Below, one piece after another: positions 36,960 to 51,200 of a stretch of 64,000 nt of DNA. The notes beneath the pieces were generated by a model, which was given only the letters and a program-made list of their open reading frames with translations, searched no databases and had not been told where the DNA came from. The position numbers and the translations under genes were made by a program. Origin of the DNA: Stegostoma tigrinum (taxonomy: Eukaryota); NCBI RefSeq assembly GCF_030684315.1, contig NC_081376.1, forward strand, positions 11,939,049 to 12,003,048, read 5' to 3'. Positions within the stretch are counted from its first letter, which is position 1, and each line of letters begins with the position of its first letter.

Positions 36960-38860
36960 GACATTACTGACTGAAATAATTCCACAGAGACCAGTGTTCT
37001 GTCACCAAAGCACCCGTTATTTACACATGGAGAGCCCTAGATACTGATCCAACTCCATCAGAACCAGCTGTCACAGTGAACAGGCTGTCCAACACTCCTG
37101 TTCGTATCTGTCAGCCTGGGATCCCTGATTGGACCAGATTAACAGCCCCTATCAGGGAAATCATAATTTATGAGGTCTTTCTGGTTGACCTTGTAACAAT
37201 CACCACAGCCGTCTCTCTCTGGGACCAAGGTCATCGGCCGGTTCTGTTTTTTGTAGCTCCTTGGACATATTAGCATCCGATTAGGTTCCTCAAACTCTGC
37301 TTCTGATGCAGGCAGCCTGGATCACACATTAGCTCAACTCTTGCACCAGGAGCATCTCGGAATAAAGTCATTCTCCCATTCAGGCAGCAGAGGCATGGTG
37401 GTGACACCTGCCATGGCCATCTCAGATCCCAAGGTCTCTTCAACATTTAACGGAGTGGGACAACCTATGGGTTCCATCAAAGTTACCAACTGTTCTGAGC
37501 AGCTGGACACATTTTGCTCCGGCACTATTTGCAAGTTTGCAGCTTTCATATGGTCCACATGCGTATTCAGGACAATCTCTCCTGCGCGAACTTTATATGC
37601 CACGGGACCTGACCTCACACCAACCATGCCTCTAACCCATGTAGGGCCATTCCTGTGGTTCCTACACCAAACCTTTTCTGCTGAAGTAATTTACCCAGCC
37701 TTTCCCACAGGGGCTCTGCGGGTGGTAATTTTTGCCCCTGTTCGCACACTGAGCACTGCCCCAACAACATGGCTATGTCTGCATCTAGTCCTGGCCATGA
37801 GGCATAACTTCTTGCCAACATCTTCATTTTGGAAACCCCTGGATGACCCTGTTGGAGTTCAGCCAGTATCTGGTAGCAACATTTGCTCAGGACAATCATT
37901 CTTGTTTCCCATAATAAAATGCCATCCTCTACTGTGATCTGGTCTCTCCAGGTCCAAAAAAAAGTCCCATTTCTGGTCGTGACAGGCCTTTAGTTTCCCC
38001 CATCACCAGCAGCTGTTTCAGTTTTGTCAGGACCGGATCTTTCTGCATCCAAAGTCTGATATTGTCAGCTGTGACTGGAAGTGTCCAGAAAATTTAAAAC
38101 CATGACAGACTCATTCAGTGGCAGTACTACTGGTGGTGTACCTGTCAGAGGGAGGCAGCTCAATCCATCCAACCTGGCCACTTGGCTTCCTGGATGATAT
38201 TCGAGTTCACTGCTGAAGTTGGCCTTAAGCTATGGGCAGCACTGCCTTGCCTTCTTTAAGGACACCTAGCAGGGGTTTGTGGTACATTATTATTACAAAA
38301 TTAAGCCTGTAAAGATGAGGGTGGAACTTCCTGACTCCAAATATGGCCACCAAACCTTCCTTCTCTATCTGGGCATATTTATGCTCTGCACTAGCCAAAG
38401 TCCTGAATACATACTATATTGGGCACTCCGCTCCATTGGGCCACCATATGAGCTAATACTCATAGTGCCTTACGGGGAGGTATCAAATGTTAATACCAGA
38501 TCTCATTTGGGATCATAGTGGGACATCACTTTACAGGATGATACCTGTTTCTTCATTTCCCTGAGAGCTATGCTTGGCTAAGCAACCATTTCCAAGGGTG
38601 ACCCTTTTTTATGAGTTGATGCAAGAGTGCCAGGATGGAGGCCAGGTTAAATATGAACTTACCACAATAATTCACCAGCCCAAGGAAAGACCTCAGCTCT
38701 GGCACAGAGATGGGAGCCAGGCACCTTTTCTTGGCCTTACTTTATCTTCCAACAGGTATAACTTGGACTTATCGACTATATAAACCACGTAGACCTGAAA
38801 CACAATTATTCCTTTCTGACGCGCATGCCCGTCTGGGACAAACATCTAAGGACTATGTCA
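36960..38860 (-). mobile_element. Decayed Gypsy/Ty3 LTR retrotransposon (RT end, RNase H, integrase Zn finger, 3' LTR)
   Basis: Minus-strand YAQIEKEGLVAIFGVRKFH (~38330-38380) and GHPGVSKMKMLARSY..WPGLD...CSVC (ORF 37615..37899); LTR-like 36960-37207 begins TG on the minus strand. Confidence 0.85.
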
Positions 38861-40469
38861 AAAATAATCATTCACTGAGCATCCACAGTGCTCCAGGATG
38901 GAGAATTCCAGTCGTCTGAGTGAAGCAAGTTGTCCTGATCTCCCCTGAAATGTCTGATCCCATATCTAGAGGCTACGACCTGTGTTCTAGACTCTCCAAT
39001 CATAGGAAACAGGCATTGAAACTCTGTCAAGTTCTCTAAGAAGTGCATATATTTCAATTATATCACCTTTCATTCCTCTGAACTTTTAAGAATCTAGGCC
39101 CATTCTACTCATTCTGCCCTCATTGCTTCCTGAGATATGAGACAATGAAGGTGACCCTTCATTGCATCTCATTTAGGCCAAGCTTAGATAAGTTCACCGC
39201 ACACCAGCTCTATATAGTTCTATCACCAATTCCTTTCACTTATTTTCCACATCATTTTGCCTTATTAATTCATTACACACCTTTGCACTTTGCAATTCAT
39301 ATTCAAAAGGGCCCCCCAAGCCATCTGAATGCAACCATTTCTGAAAACATCTGCATCTATTAACACTGCACATGTTAGAAATCTGAAACAAGCACAGAAA
39401 GTGCTGGAGAAACTTAATTAGCGCCTTGAGACTCTTCTTTGGAATCTTGGTCAATGTTACTTTGCAGTCTCTTAGCATTCTCCTCACCTGCCCACCCGAC
39501 TTTGTGTCAGCTGCATTGTGGGATAAATTACACTCAGTGCCCTCATCTAAGCCATTGGTGTAGATTGGTAGTATGGATTCTTGCAATATCCCAAACCAGT
39601 CTCACAGCATGCCATCCTGCCAATGCCCTGTTATCCTAACTTTCTTGTCTGTTTGTTAACCTATCCTCTGCGCCGGTTAATACATTACCCCATCCGATTA
39701 ATGCTAATCCAGTGCATTGACTTTGTGTGCAGCACTTTATTGAATATCTGCTGAAAGTCGGTGTCCAATAGCTGTCAGTGCCAGACTAGCAGTGGTGAGG
39801 GCATTCATGCTGACATTAGCAGAGAGGATGGCCAGGCTTGTGCCTCATTGGCATTCCCCGAGCTCCGTCGGAATGCCCTGCACCTCATATACTCTACTTG
39901 CTGCATTTTCCGTGACAAAGCCATTGTACTATCTGTTTGAAGTCCAACTGGGCTTCAGCTAGTAGGTACTTTTGCATAGTTACACCATTACTCCCACATA
40001 CTAAATAACCTCTCAAGGCTTCATTAAGGGTTAAACCAAAATCACATGCTTCTGTCAATCATTTTAACTGTCAAAGATCCCAATCAGATTTCTCTGGATG
40101 TTGAACTGCCGAGTAAAGCCAATAGTGTCTCAGCATTAAAAGACACTTGGGGTCATAATATTCCTTAACTAAATCTGTCAACTCTTGCAAGGTTTTCAAA
40201 TCTGGAGCGTCAGGGAAAGTTAGGCTCCTAATAACTAAAAAAGCTGTGGGCCCACAAGCTGTCAGTAGAATTACTTGTTACCTTTCATCTGCTACAATGT
40301 AATTTATCAAGAAGAAATATTGCATTCTTTCCACAAACTGGGCCCAGTCTTCGAAAGGCAGGATCAAACGGGGCAAGCATCCCAAATAATGGCATGATGC
40401 TAGAATTGTTTACCTCAATTCAAAGATGACTATTGTCAGTGAATTTCTTCAGGAATGTGCTTTTCTCTC

Positions 40470-40705
40470 ATTACCAGTGAAATAACTCCACAGTAACCAA
40501 GTCACCCTTGATTTACACATGGAGAGTCCTTGATATTGATCCAGCTCTGTCAGAGCCTGCTCTCAGAGTGAATTGAACCTCTGACACTCCTGGCATTCTC
40601 CTCACCAGCTAGGGCTCACTGATTGGACCAGATTAACAGCCCCAGTGGGGGTATCCATATTCTATACAGGCCACCTGGCTGACTTTGTTACAATCATTAC
40701 ACTGA
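40470..40705 (-). mobile_element. Solo LTR related to the Gypsy LTR at 36960-37207
   Basis: Shares TTTACACATGGAGAG and GATTGGACCAGATTAACAGCCCC blocks and the terminal ACAATCA.TACA. Confidence 0.65.
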
Positions 40706-41754
40706 CTTCTCCATTTAACACTAAAACCTTTGCATGTGGAGGCCAGGGAAACAATATAGTTAATGAGAACTGTCGATTCTGGAGTCTGAGATAACACAGT
40801 TTGGATCCGGGAGAACACAACTGGCCAGGCAGCATCAGAGGAGCAGGAAAGCTGATGTTTCAGGTCGGGATCCTTCTTCAGAAAAATAACAGGGATGTTT
40901 GTCCAAAGGTTGATGCCAGCAGAGCCCTCTGTTTCTATTGCTTCCATGTTTTGCAACTGGCTCTCAACACAGATATCACTCCATGGCACCTGTGTGGACA
41001 TGTTATTAGAAATGTGGCATAATTGTCTTCAGAACTAGGCAGAGTCACAAACTAACAGAGGTAGTGCAAAACCATTAATACTTATGAATATCAATAGTTC
41101 AATCGCACCTGACTGCAACTTGCTGTCACATGTTTATATTTTCTCTGTCCGTCGACTCTGATGGGGCAGCTCGTGGAAAAAGCTGATGGATATGCATGCA
41201 TGGGTGCTTGGCACATTGACAGGTCTGCCAGGGAACCTGTTGCAATTGTCAAGATGCACTGCAATGTTGGAGCCAACCAATTAGAAGGCTTTCTGAGGCA
41301 TTCCCTAGGGGAATAGTGATGGTTGCAACGATGCACGAGCCCTGTCATCCTCTTTGCTAATCACAGCATGAATAACCTCGCCACTGCAGGACCTCCATGT
41401 CGATACTGGACACCGACCTTCAGCAGATATTCAATAAGGTGCTGCACATCAGGTGGATGCACTGGATTAAATTGGATGGGGTAATATCTTAACAGGCACA
41501 GAGGATAATTTAACAAACAGACAAGAGAGTTGGAATAACAAGGCATTTGCAGGATGGCACGGTGTGAGGCTGGTTTGGGATATTGCAAGAATGCATATTT
41601 CCAATCTATGCCAATGGTTTAGATGAGGGCACTGAGTGTAATATATCCAACAGCTGACACAAAGTCGGGTGGGCAGGCAAGGAGAATGCTAAGAGACTGC
41701 AAAGTAACATTGACCAGGATTTCAAAGAAGAGTCATGCCAGTTACAAAACATTA

Positions 41755-42180
41755 ACCTTGAACATAGAACACAGAACATAGAACTGTACAGCACAGTACA
41801 GACCCTTCAGCCCGTAATGTTGTGCCGAACTTTTACCCCAAACCTGAGGTCGATCTAACCTCCACCCCTACCTTATAATATCATCCATATGCCTATCTAA
41901 TAGCCACTTAAATGCCCCTACTGAGGCCAACTTCACTGCCCTCTCTAGCAATGCATTCCATGCTCCTACCACTCTCTGAGTAAAGAACCTACCTCTGATG
42001 TCTCCCCTATATCTACCTCCACTCACTATAAAACTATGCCCCCTTGTAATAGCTACCTCCACCCCAGACAGTCTCTGGCTGTCCACTCTATCTATACTTC
42101 TGATCATTTTGTCCACCTCTATCAAGTCCCCTCTCATCCTTCGTCATTCTGAAGAAAAAAGCCCCCGCTCTCTTAACCTT
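41755..42180 (-). mobile_element. CR1 3' fragment inserted into one arm of the 38864-42734 inverted duplication
   Basis: RGDLIEV..KMIR..FFTQRVVGAWNAL (ORF 41868..42137) and TTCTATG tail; absent from the left arm. Confidence 0.8.
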
Positions 42181-42768
42181 TCAGTGTTTCTTTCTCTACA
42201 GATGCTGCCAGACCTGAGTTTCTCCAGCACTTTCTGTGTTAATAGGTGGAGATGTTTTCAAAAATGGTTGCATTCTGATGGTTTGGGGGCCCTTTTGTAC
42301 GAATTGCAAAGTGCAAAGGTGCACAAAGAATTAATAAGACAAAAGGATGTGGAAAATAAGTGAAAGGAACTATTGATGGAGCTATATGGAGCTGGCGTAT
42401 TGTGAACTTACCTACGCTTGCCCTGAATGAGATGCAACAAAAGTTCATCTGACTAGATATCTGTCTCTTATCTCAGGAACCAATGAGGACAGAATAAGTA
42501 GAATGGGCCTAGATTTTTAAAATATAATACATTATGATATAATTACAATGTATAAAATTCTTAGACAACTTGATAGAGTTTCAAAACTTGTTTTCCATGA
42601 TTGGAGAGTCCAGAACTCAGGTCATAGCCTCAAGATATGGGATCAGACATTTCATAGGAGACCAGGAGAACTTGCTTCACTCAGAGGACTGGAATTTTCC
42701 ATCCTGGAACACTGGATGCTCAGTCAATGATTATGCCTATAAATAAACAGAATGGCCCTCCCCAGTAT

Positions 42769-42963
42769 AACAAAGTGTGGAGCTAGATGAACACAGCAGG
42801 CCAAGCAGCATCTTAGGAGCTCAAAAGCTGACATTTCGGGCCTAGGGTCTAGGCCTGAAACATCTGCTTTTGTGCTCCTGAGATGCTGCTTGGCCTGCTG
42901 TGTTCATCCAGCTCCACACTTTGTTACCTTGGATTCTCCAGCATCCGCAGCTCCCATTATCTC
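42769..42963. mobile_element. Short Penelope-derived fold-back element with perfect 16-bp TSD
   Basis: TGGCCCTCCCCAGTAT at 42753-42768 and 42964-42979; arms match the 35650-35735 pLTR tail. Confidence 0.85.
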
Positions 42964-43264
42964 TGGCCCTCCCCAGTATTCATCCTAAAGTCATACATAA
43001 AAGCCTAAAGTCGTGTTGAGGTTATGATAGTGGAATTATTTCCCAGGGTTCAGGAGATCAAGCTGTAAAACTGAGTTCAATAAATCTGTAAATGTGTGAG
43101 ATGGTGCTTTGAAAAATGGCTAATAATGAAAAATCTTCTCAATTAATGTGGAAATTTAGGAAATATTGGAACAGGAGGAGGCCATTCAGCACCTTGTGTC
43201 TGTCCTGGCATTCTATGAATTCATGGCTGATCTGTGGCCTACCCCCACATAACTGCCTTTGGTC

Positions 43265-43545
43265 CATGAAATAACTGCACAGACCTTGGTATCCCATCAC
43301 CAAGCCACGGTTTATTTACACATGCACAGTACACTGAACATAGAACATAGAACATTACCGCACAGTACAGGCCCTTCGGCCCTCGATGCTGTGATCAGCC
43401 AACTCACTGTCAGTCCCTGAAGTCAGGAGACTCTGAATCCACTGTTTAGATCTCTGAACAAGGGATCCCTGATTGGCCCTAGTTAACAGCACCAACAAAG
43501 GATCTCATACTCAACAAGATCCACCAGGTTCTAATCACTACAATC
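43265..43545 (-). mobile_element. Degenerate solo LTR of the same family, interrupted by a short LINE tail
   Basis: GAAATAACT..CACAG, TTATTTACACATG, CCCTGATTGG..TTAACAGC and AATCACTACA blocks. Confidence 0.5.
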
Positions 43546-45143
43546 TGTACCCATTAAAACCTGTGTCTAACAAAAATACACATCCCAGATTTAAAATTAA
43601 CAGTTGATCCAGCATTCTCTATGGAGGAACCTTAAGGCCCTTTTAGACTCTAAACTGCAATGTCTCTGAGTTTAACCTAACGAGGATGTCTAGTAAAGTT
43701 CTGGAGTGTGGATCAGAGTAAAATAGTGACCAGTTCCAGATCATCCACCTGTACAACAGGATTGGCCAAACCCCATGAACAATTCAATTGCTTTTTTTAT
43801 TGAAAATATACATAAAAGTTATTTATCAAATATATTAAGACAAAAAGAACAAATGTGTATCACATACATTCTGGGTAAAACAGCAAACCATATAAATATG
43901 TATGGTTAAAGACAATAACTATTGTTTAACATAGAAGACAAACAAATCATATGGCAATTTCAAACACACTCTTTTCCAATTTGATGACCTGTATTCTTGC
44001 TGACTCAGCATTAAATGCAACACAGACAGCAATGTCTGCCAGCGTTTTTCTCTGCTCGCCATTTTTTGTCATGAATGTTATCAGTTCCATGACGCAGGGC
44101 TGGCGGAGGGGGTGGGGGAGGGGCTGAAAGTGGGGGTGGGGGTAGGGTGGAGGAGGTGGTCGGGGAGGCACTCGAGACCAGAGGCAGAATCTGAGAAAGT
44201 AAGGCCCTGAGCTGATTGAAGTCAGTGTCAGCTCTGCACATGTCCGGGTTCCAATGAAGGTGTCAACTAGTGGATTAGAGAATTGGGAGAGAATGGCAAC
44301 TTGAGCCTGAGAGCTTTCATGTTCCGTTCTCATCCAAGAAAAGGCACTGAAATCGTATGAGTGATAATGGGAACTGCAGATGCTGGAGAATCCAAGATAA
44401 CAAAGTGTGGAGCTGGATGAACACAGCAGGCCAAGTAGCATCTCAGGAGCACAAATCGTACGCCTCACCTCTGCCCATTCCTGAGCCCTACTGGCTTTTA
44501 CACTCATAATGTGAGTCTTGCTCAGCTACTGGTTACATTACAATCAAGCCAACCAATAGAGGAACTTTGTTATAAAAACATTCACTAAGAAAAGCCTTTT
44601 GAACTTTAAGTAGTGTCTTCATTAGGAACATAGGGCTATTGATACAGGAGTAACCTTTTGGAGTCTGGTCAGCTGTTGAATGAGGTTATAGTTAATCTGC
44701 AACATAATTCAAAATTCCCACCTTTGTCCCTTAACTCTTAACATCGTTGCTGAGCAAAAACGTATCTAGAATGAACTATTCATCTGGCATTTAATGCTGT
44801 TTGCCGAAGAGAATTCCAAATTTCTGCCACCTTTCACTCTACAAGGAATCCATGATAAGAAAATTCATTAATATTTCCGTGAGATTTGGTGGGCAGTAAT
44901 TAGATATATCTTTATTGACTGCTTTTGGATTACTGTCATTTCAGCAACAGTCAGGGTGTTGCCCTAAATTATTTTGTTTTACAATTCAACAGCACCATGT
45001 CTAGAAAGCTAGTTTAAAGTCATTTCAAAATTATAAATAGAGTTCAATCTGTGCTGTGCTTGTCAACCTTCTTCAATTTCCTTCATGTGATGCTGGGATA
45101 CATAGTTCCTTCCATTTCATACAGTAGGCAGCACAATCACAGT

Positions 45144-45232
45144 TTATGAATGATATTGCAAAGCAATTCCGAACACAGTGATGCATGTGGAGAGCAGGAG
45201 ACTGTAGCTGCTGACTGAAGCAGAACCAGGCA
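45144..45232 (-). CDS. Copy B GPI-signal exon (LPGSASVSSYSLLLSTCITVFGIALQYHS*)
   Basis: ttttccag acceptor, hydrophobic tail, TAA; AATAAA at 44911-44916. Confidence 0.88.
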
Positions 45233-48200
45233 CTGGAAAATAAAATGAAATGATTAGAAATAGACCAATAATAATTATCCTCCAAAGTATTCTTTGACTT
45301 TCATGAATGGGCATCTTTCACAAACATTACGTCATGCAAGTGCAGTTTTCAAACTTGCATTTTCTTTAACACGACATTGTTACACTCTTCCAGTTAGACT
45401 CAGTGATATATGATGTTAACTGGTTTTGGGGCACCATGATGGAATTCATAGTGACTCTGTGTAGATTAAATGCTTAAGCATACATCAGTATTTTCAAGGA
45501 CAGCACAGCTTGCAAATAAAATATTTCAGTGCATTAATAACTATAAAATACCACTTACATGGCGAAATGGAAAGATTCCCAAGCCCAGCTGGTGATATCC
45601 CACCTCTGAGGCCAATTCCCAGACTCATCACCTCGGCCACTGAGTGTGTGTTAACCCAACGCCGCACTATTTCATGATTTTCATTTTCTTTAAGGGAATT
45701 CAGGTTAATTCCGAGCAGATCTCGAATGTTCTCGGCGGTGAGTTTCTGTAAGATATGGAAAAGCCACAATACAATGACAACATTGTCCTCACTCTTCCTT
45801 CCACATTCTTTCTGAAATGATTCAAGAACAATCAGGTACAAAAGCAATGTGGAAACAGAATGTAATAACACGAGCAAATATTTATCCCAAATGTTTCCAG
45901 AACCCTTCATCCAACAAACCAATCTAATAATACGTGTTAACAAGGTGTCTTCTTCAACATTGAGTCCTTCCATTCTGTCAATGGATTTAATGCCACTTCT
46001 GATATCACTCCCTCCAATCAACTCAAGCTGTGTAGCTCTAACCGAACAGAGCCATAAATTGTCTTTTTAATTTGAAGCATCAGACGTTTATATATGGAGC
46101 ACCTACAGTGTGGAACATACCTTTGGGCCTAACAAGTCCACACTACTCCTCCAAACAGCATCCCAACCAGACACATCCCCCTGTCCTTTCACTGTAACCC
46201 TGCATTTCTCATGTCGAATCCACCTAATGTACCTATCCCTGAACACTATGGGCAATTTAGCATGGCCATTTTAGCATGGCCAACCCACCTAACCTGCACA
46301 TCTTTGGACTGTAAAAGGAAACTGGAGCACACAATGGAAACCCACGCAGACACGGAGAGAATGTGCAAACTCCACACAGTTGCCTGAGGCTGGAATCAAG
46401 CCCATGTGCCTGATGTTGTGAGGCAGCAGTGCTAACCACTGAGCCACCATGCTCTTCGAAACTAACACAACGGGGTGGTAGTGAACCAGCTGTCTGTACT
46501 TGACCCTGCAACATTTCAGTTCCATTACACACATGGAAATGAATGACAACTAAAATGCTTATTATGGCATTTTTCATTTATTAGCAGTCAACCAGACCAA
46601 GTGCACCCCAGTCCCAGAGCACCTCAGTCTCACTTTAAGCCTGGATGAAGTGAGGTGAACTTCATGGTTCCCTTTCCTTCACAGCTGAGATCATGATGTT
46701 CAGATGTGGTCTCTGGTCTAGGCAAGGTCTCATAAATACAGCAGTTGTGCAGAAAGGAGGTGACCTGTGGTGATTAACACGGACTGGAGTGTATGAATTC
46801 CTGTTTCTGGGCGCCGTATCTAATATCGGGTTTCTGTGTGAGGTGTTAAAGAGCTGGATGTTGGTGCAGGCCTCCACTGATACTCACTTCTACTTCCACT
46901 GGATTGAGGCGGCTGAATGTCTCAAAGTCCATGTTGATGTTGCCAACAGCTAAACTCTGTAAATCAGACACTTGTGCACCACCTTTTAGAGATTGGAAAG
47001 AACTATCAGCTCACTATTTCTCGACAACAATTCTTCATAAAAATAGAGTGAAATGGCAGATTTAATTCATTTCGTATTAATAATAAACTTGCTTGGTTAA
47101 AGATGGTAATGAACTGAAAATTAATTGATGTGCATATTTTTTCAAATAATCATCAAAGCAGATTGTAATATAGCTTACCAATATATGGCTTGAGTTTGTT
47201 AAAATAGGCTTTAGGATCACCAGCAAGATCCTGGAACGCAACTTTAGCGATCCCAAAAAGAATGTCTTTCTTCGCCTGGGTACATGTGGAAATATTCAGT
47301 GGTTTGGCTTTCCTGCAACAGAGTGGTAACGCTTTTTGTTAACATTTACACTTAGATGATGCAGGTAGTCTGTGCTCAATGACAAGGTCATCTTTTAATT
47401 TTCCCTCAATTAAGCAAATGTCCCTGTTCACAAAATATTCCTTTGCAGGTTTGTAATGTCACAACTATGTCAAATAGAGAGTAGGAGAGTAGAGTCGCAG
47501 GATAACTTTAGAGAATCTGACACTCACTTCAGTTCACCGGGAAAGATGGTCCTGAGGTTCTCTTCACGCAGAGTACACAGTAATGGACCGCCAATGGCAT
47601 CCAATGCAGTGGCATTTAGTGGCCCAGATCTTTGCAGATAATTTGCAATAATTGCTTTGGTCTAAAATGAAAGAGAAAAGTTCCGATTACTATTTTTTGC
47701 CCCATATATACTATAAATTCGGAATGTTGTCTGATTATGTATCCATTCTTTTCACTTTTTTGCTTGGTAAAACATGTGCGAGCTTAACTACTTATGCAGG
47801 AGAAAATACAAGATAAGTTTACTAGGAATCCATATCAGTATCAACAGCATGGGTGCAGAGGCACCGGAAAGATTTATGAGAATGGCCACAGCAATGAGGA
47901 ATTTCAGTTCTGATGGGTAGGTTGCTGAAGCCAAAACAAGTCCTCTCAAAAAAGATTGAGAGGCGATCAGACAGAGATGTTCAAAGACTGCATAGAATAA
48001 ACGGGGAGAAACCACTTCCTTTGGTGCAATGGTCAAGAACCAATGGATACCAACTTAAACTAAAGGACCAAGAAAACCCAAAGGTAACACAAGGAAAAAT
48101 AACCTACAAAATAAGCGAATCAAGAATTCAAAAACATAAATTGCCGGCAAAACAGTTTTGATGAAGAGTCACCAGGTTTGAATTGTTAACTCGTTGCTTT

Positions 48201-51200
48201 CTTTCCACAAGTACTGCTAGACCTGCTGAATTTCACCAGCAATTTTTGTTTTCGTTTCAGATTTCTAGCATCCGCAGTTCTTTGTTTTATTTACAGCTTG
48301 AGAATTCATTGTCGGAGAATACAGTGGAAACAGAAACAATTAAAGCTTTCAAAACAAAATGGCTGTGTCATCTAAAGAGAATTTGCATCGATATGATGAT
48401 GGTGATGAGTGGGAATAGCTGAGCTGCTCCTGCAGAAGCTCAGCACTGACACAGTGGGTCTCTTTCTGCACTGAGATAATTCTCTTACTCTATGATTCTC
48501 ACTGAAATGTAACAGAAAGTAACAACTGAAGTGCCTTTAGGTTCTGATTGAGTTGCTCTATGTTTGCTTCACTCAGTAATGTTACTACCATCAAAGTTCT
48601 TCTTGTCAGAATCATATCTTTGTCGAAGGGATTCTCTCCATATACTCTTCATTTAATGACCTTGCTATGACTGATTTCCATCTGCAATGTCACATGGATG
48701 AATACTGTGTTTCTTTTAGTTCAAAGAGCATTTTTAAACTGTCTGATGACAAATGCATTGCCACATCACAGGTAGCAATAAGGTTCCATTTTATCCCTAG
48801 TATTTCTTATCATCCATCACAACCCAAACAATATTTGAATTCAGGGTACAACACATGCTCTTTGATGGGATCACACAATCACAAGCTTGCTGCTAATCCA
48901 TACCGTGTTCAAATTTGGGCTATTCCTTAGAACAAGTGCAAGGGTATCGGCATTCGTTATGTTCCACATGCTGATCTCTTCAGGACCGTACACAGTAATA
49001 ATGAATCCCAGCTGTTGTATCCGTTCTTCAGGCAGTCCACTTGTGTATAGCTGTTCCAAAACATCAAAAAATATATATTCAGTCAGATTAAAGTGCACAG
49101 GATGTCAAAACTATGTTTATAAACTGTGGATCTCCTAGAGACTGTGTAACGGCTATGGGTATCTCCCTATAGCTACACAGCAATGGAAGGCTAATGGTGG
49201 GACTGTGCACCACCAGTTGGGCCCTTGCTGTGGGTCATGCTCATCAGGACAATTTTATATTGGAGACCCCATCATGTCTTGTCCAATTGCTCAGTTCACA
49301 CCCTTCATCTCCTGTCATACATGTTTCTCTGAAGGTTGGGAATCTTACAGGTTAAATTCACTTGAAATTTGGCCACCTGCCTCTGCAGCCTAGGGGTGTA
49401 ATTGACTCAAGCAATTCAAACGTCTCAAAAACTACAATCTAATCTTTCATGACGTGCACCAAGATTTGAAAGGCTGCATTTATTCAACATCCTTAGACTT
49501 AACAAAATGAGCTACATGTTGAAGCAAGTAATATGTCGAGAATCTAGACAAAAGTGTATGGTAGAAGAGATTAGAGGGTGGCAATGACAAATTTAGACGA
49601 GGAAAAATGTGAGGAAGGCTTGAATGGAGCATAAACATCACCATGGACTGATGGGGCTGAATGGCCTGAATCTGTGTAGTTTCTGTGCTATCCTATACAT
49701 AGATGACTCTTTGCCATCAGTTATATTGTATACTAGAAGTATTCATCCTAGGAAGAATATATCTCCAAATGAATCAACCTTACCCCATCCAATTTCCTTT
49801 TTAGAACAAGAAGCTGATCTCTGCTGAAAGCTATATGTCCCAGTTCAGTAAGGTTTGCAAGCAGCACACTGTTGTTCAAACAGGCATCTAACTGTTCAGT
49901 CGGATAAATTGCGGGTAACAATGTATTGTCGGTCATATCCTTTGTAATGAAGCCTTCGGTACAATCTGCAAGCACACAAACACATTTGCATTAGACACAT
50001 GCAGATGCCGATTTGTAGAATGAAATTGTTACAACGCGGAACATACTGCCGAACTTTGCTGGGAATGGAACACTGAGCCTGAGGCGTAGGACACAACATG
50101 TTGCAGGTTCGCAAGATAATCTGACAACGTGCCACATGAGGTGACATTTAAAAATGACGACCAAAGGTTTGGTCATTAATGTGGGATGCAAAGACTGCCA
50201 TAAAGGAAGACAGAAGGGCATGCAGGCCGAGAAGTTTAAAGAGGCAATTCCAGATTTTAGAGTCTTAATAATATTGCTGCCCACAGTCAAGCAATTAAAA
50301 TTGGGATTGCTCAAGACGTCAGTGTTGGACACACACAGATAACCTTGTGGTCTAGAAGTAGCTACAATGATAGGGAGGTGTAAGAACACAGAGAAATGTT
50401 TAAAGAAACAAAAGGAGGCAGTATCCATCCGAAAATCTACGTATGGCCAGTGAGAACCATGTCGATGCATAAACAGGACTTGTTACTAATTTGGATACGA
50501 GCAGCATAGCTTTGGATGGACAGAAAAGCATGGTGAGTGGAAGATGGGAAGCTGACCAGAAAGGCATTGCAGAAGAGAAGCCAGGAGAAAATTGTGGCAT
50601 GGATGAGGGTTACAACAGTCAATGAGCAGGAACGGGTCAGAGTCAGATGATGTTACACAGATCTACATCACTAAAGAGTTTGCCTCATTGCTTATTACTC
50701 ACCAGTGGCACGTTTCACTCGTCTTCTTAATAATATCTGCCTGAGTCCTTGGGATCCTTTCTCACCAAGAGCCTGTGGAGGGCCAAACAAGATATTCACT
50801 CCTACATTTATTTATATCATACGTTTTAAACATGTAATTAACTCAATAGCCATATAGCTTGATTTAAAGGCTGGCTGACAGTGACTCAGTGGTTAGCTCA
50901 GTACTGCCTCATAGCACCAAGGAACCAGGTTTGGTTCCACCCACAGCTGACTGTTTGCTTGGAGTCTGCACATACCCCCCCACCATGTCTGCAAAGATTT
51001 CTTCTGGTGCTCTGGTTTCCTCTTACAGTCCAAAGATGTGCAGGTTAGGGCGGATCATCCCAGCTAAATTGTCCCATATTGTCCAGGGGTTTGCAGTTAG
51101 ATGGGTTCGCCATGGGAAATGCGGAGATACAGGGGTGGGGTTGGGTCCGGGTGGGGTGCTCCTCAGAGGGTCGGTTTGGACTTGATGGGCCGAATGACCT

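Larger units (their letters stand above)
38864..42734. repeat. ~1-kb inverted duplication (~38864-39880 / ~41295-42734)
   Basis: Mirrored ORFs 39145..39363 vs 42239..42448, 39439..39639 vs 41606..41794, and 38872..39057 vs 42548..42730. Confidence 0.88.

Noticed and set aside
37341-37937. 198-aa plus-strand ORF
   Set aside because: Antisense to the decayed Gypsy integrase region.
43947-44507. 186-aa proline-rich ORF
   Set aside because: Stitched from a fold-back repeat and a low-complexity G/C tract; no exon signals.
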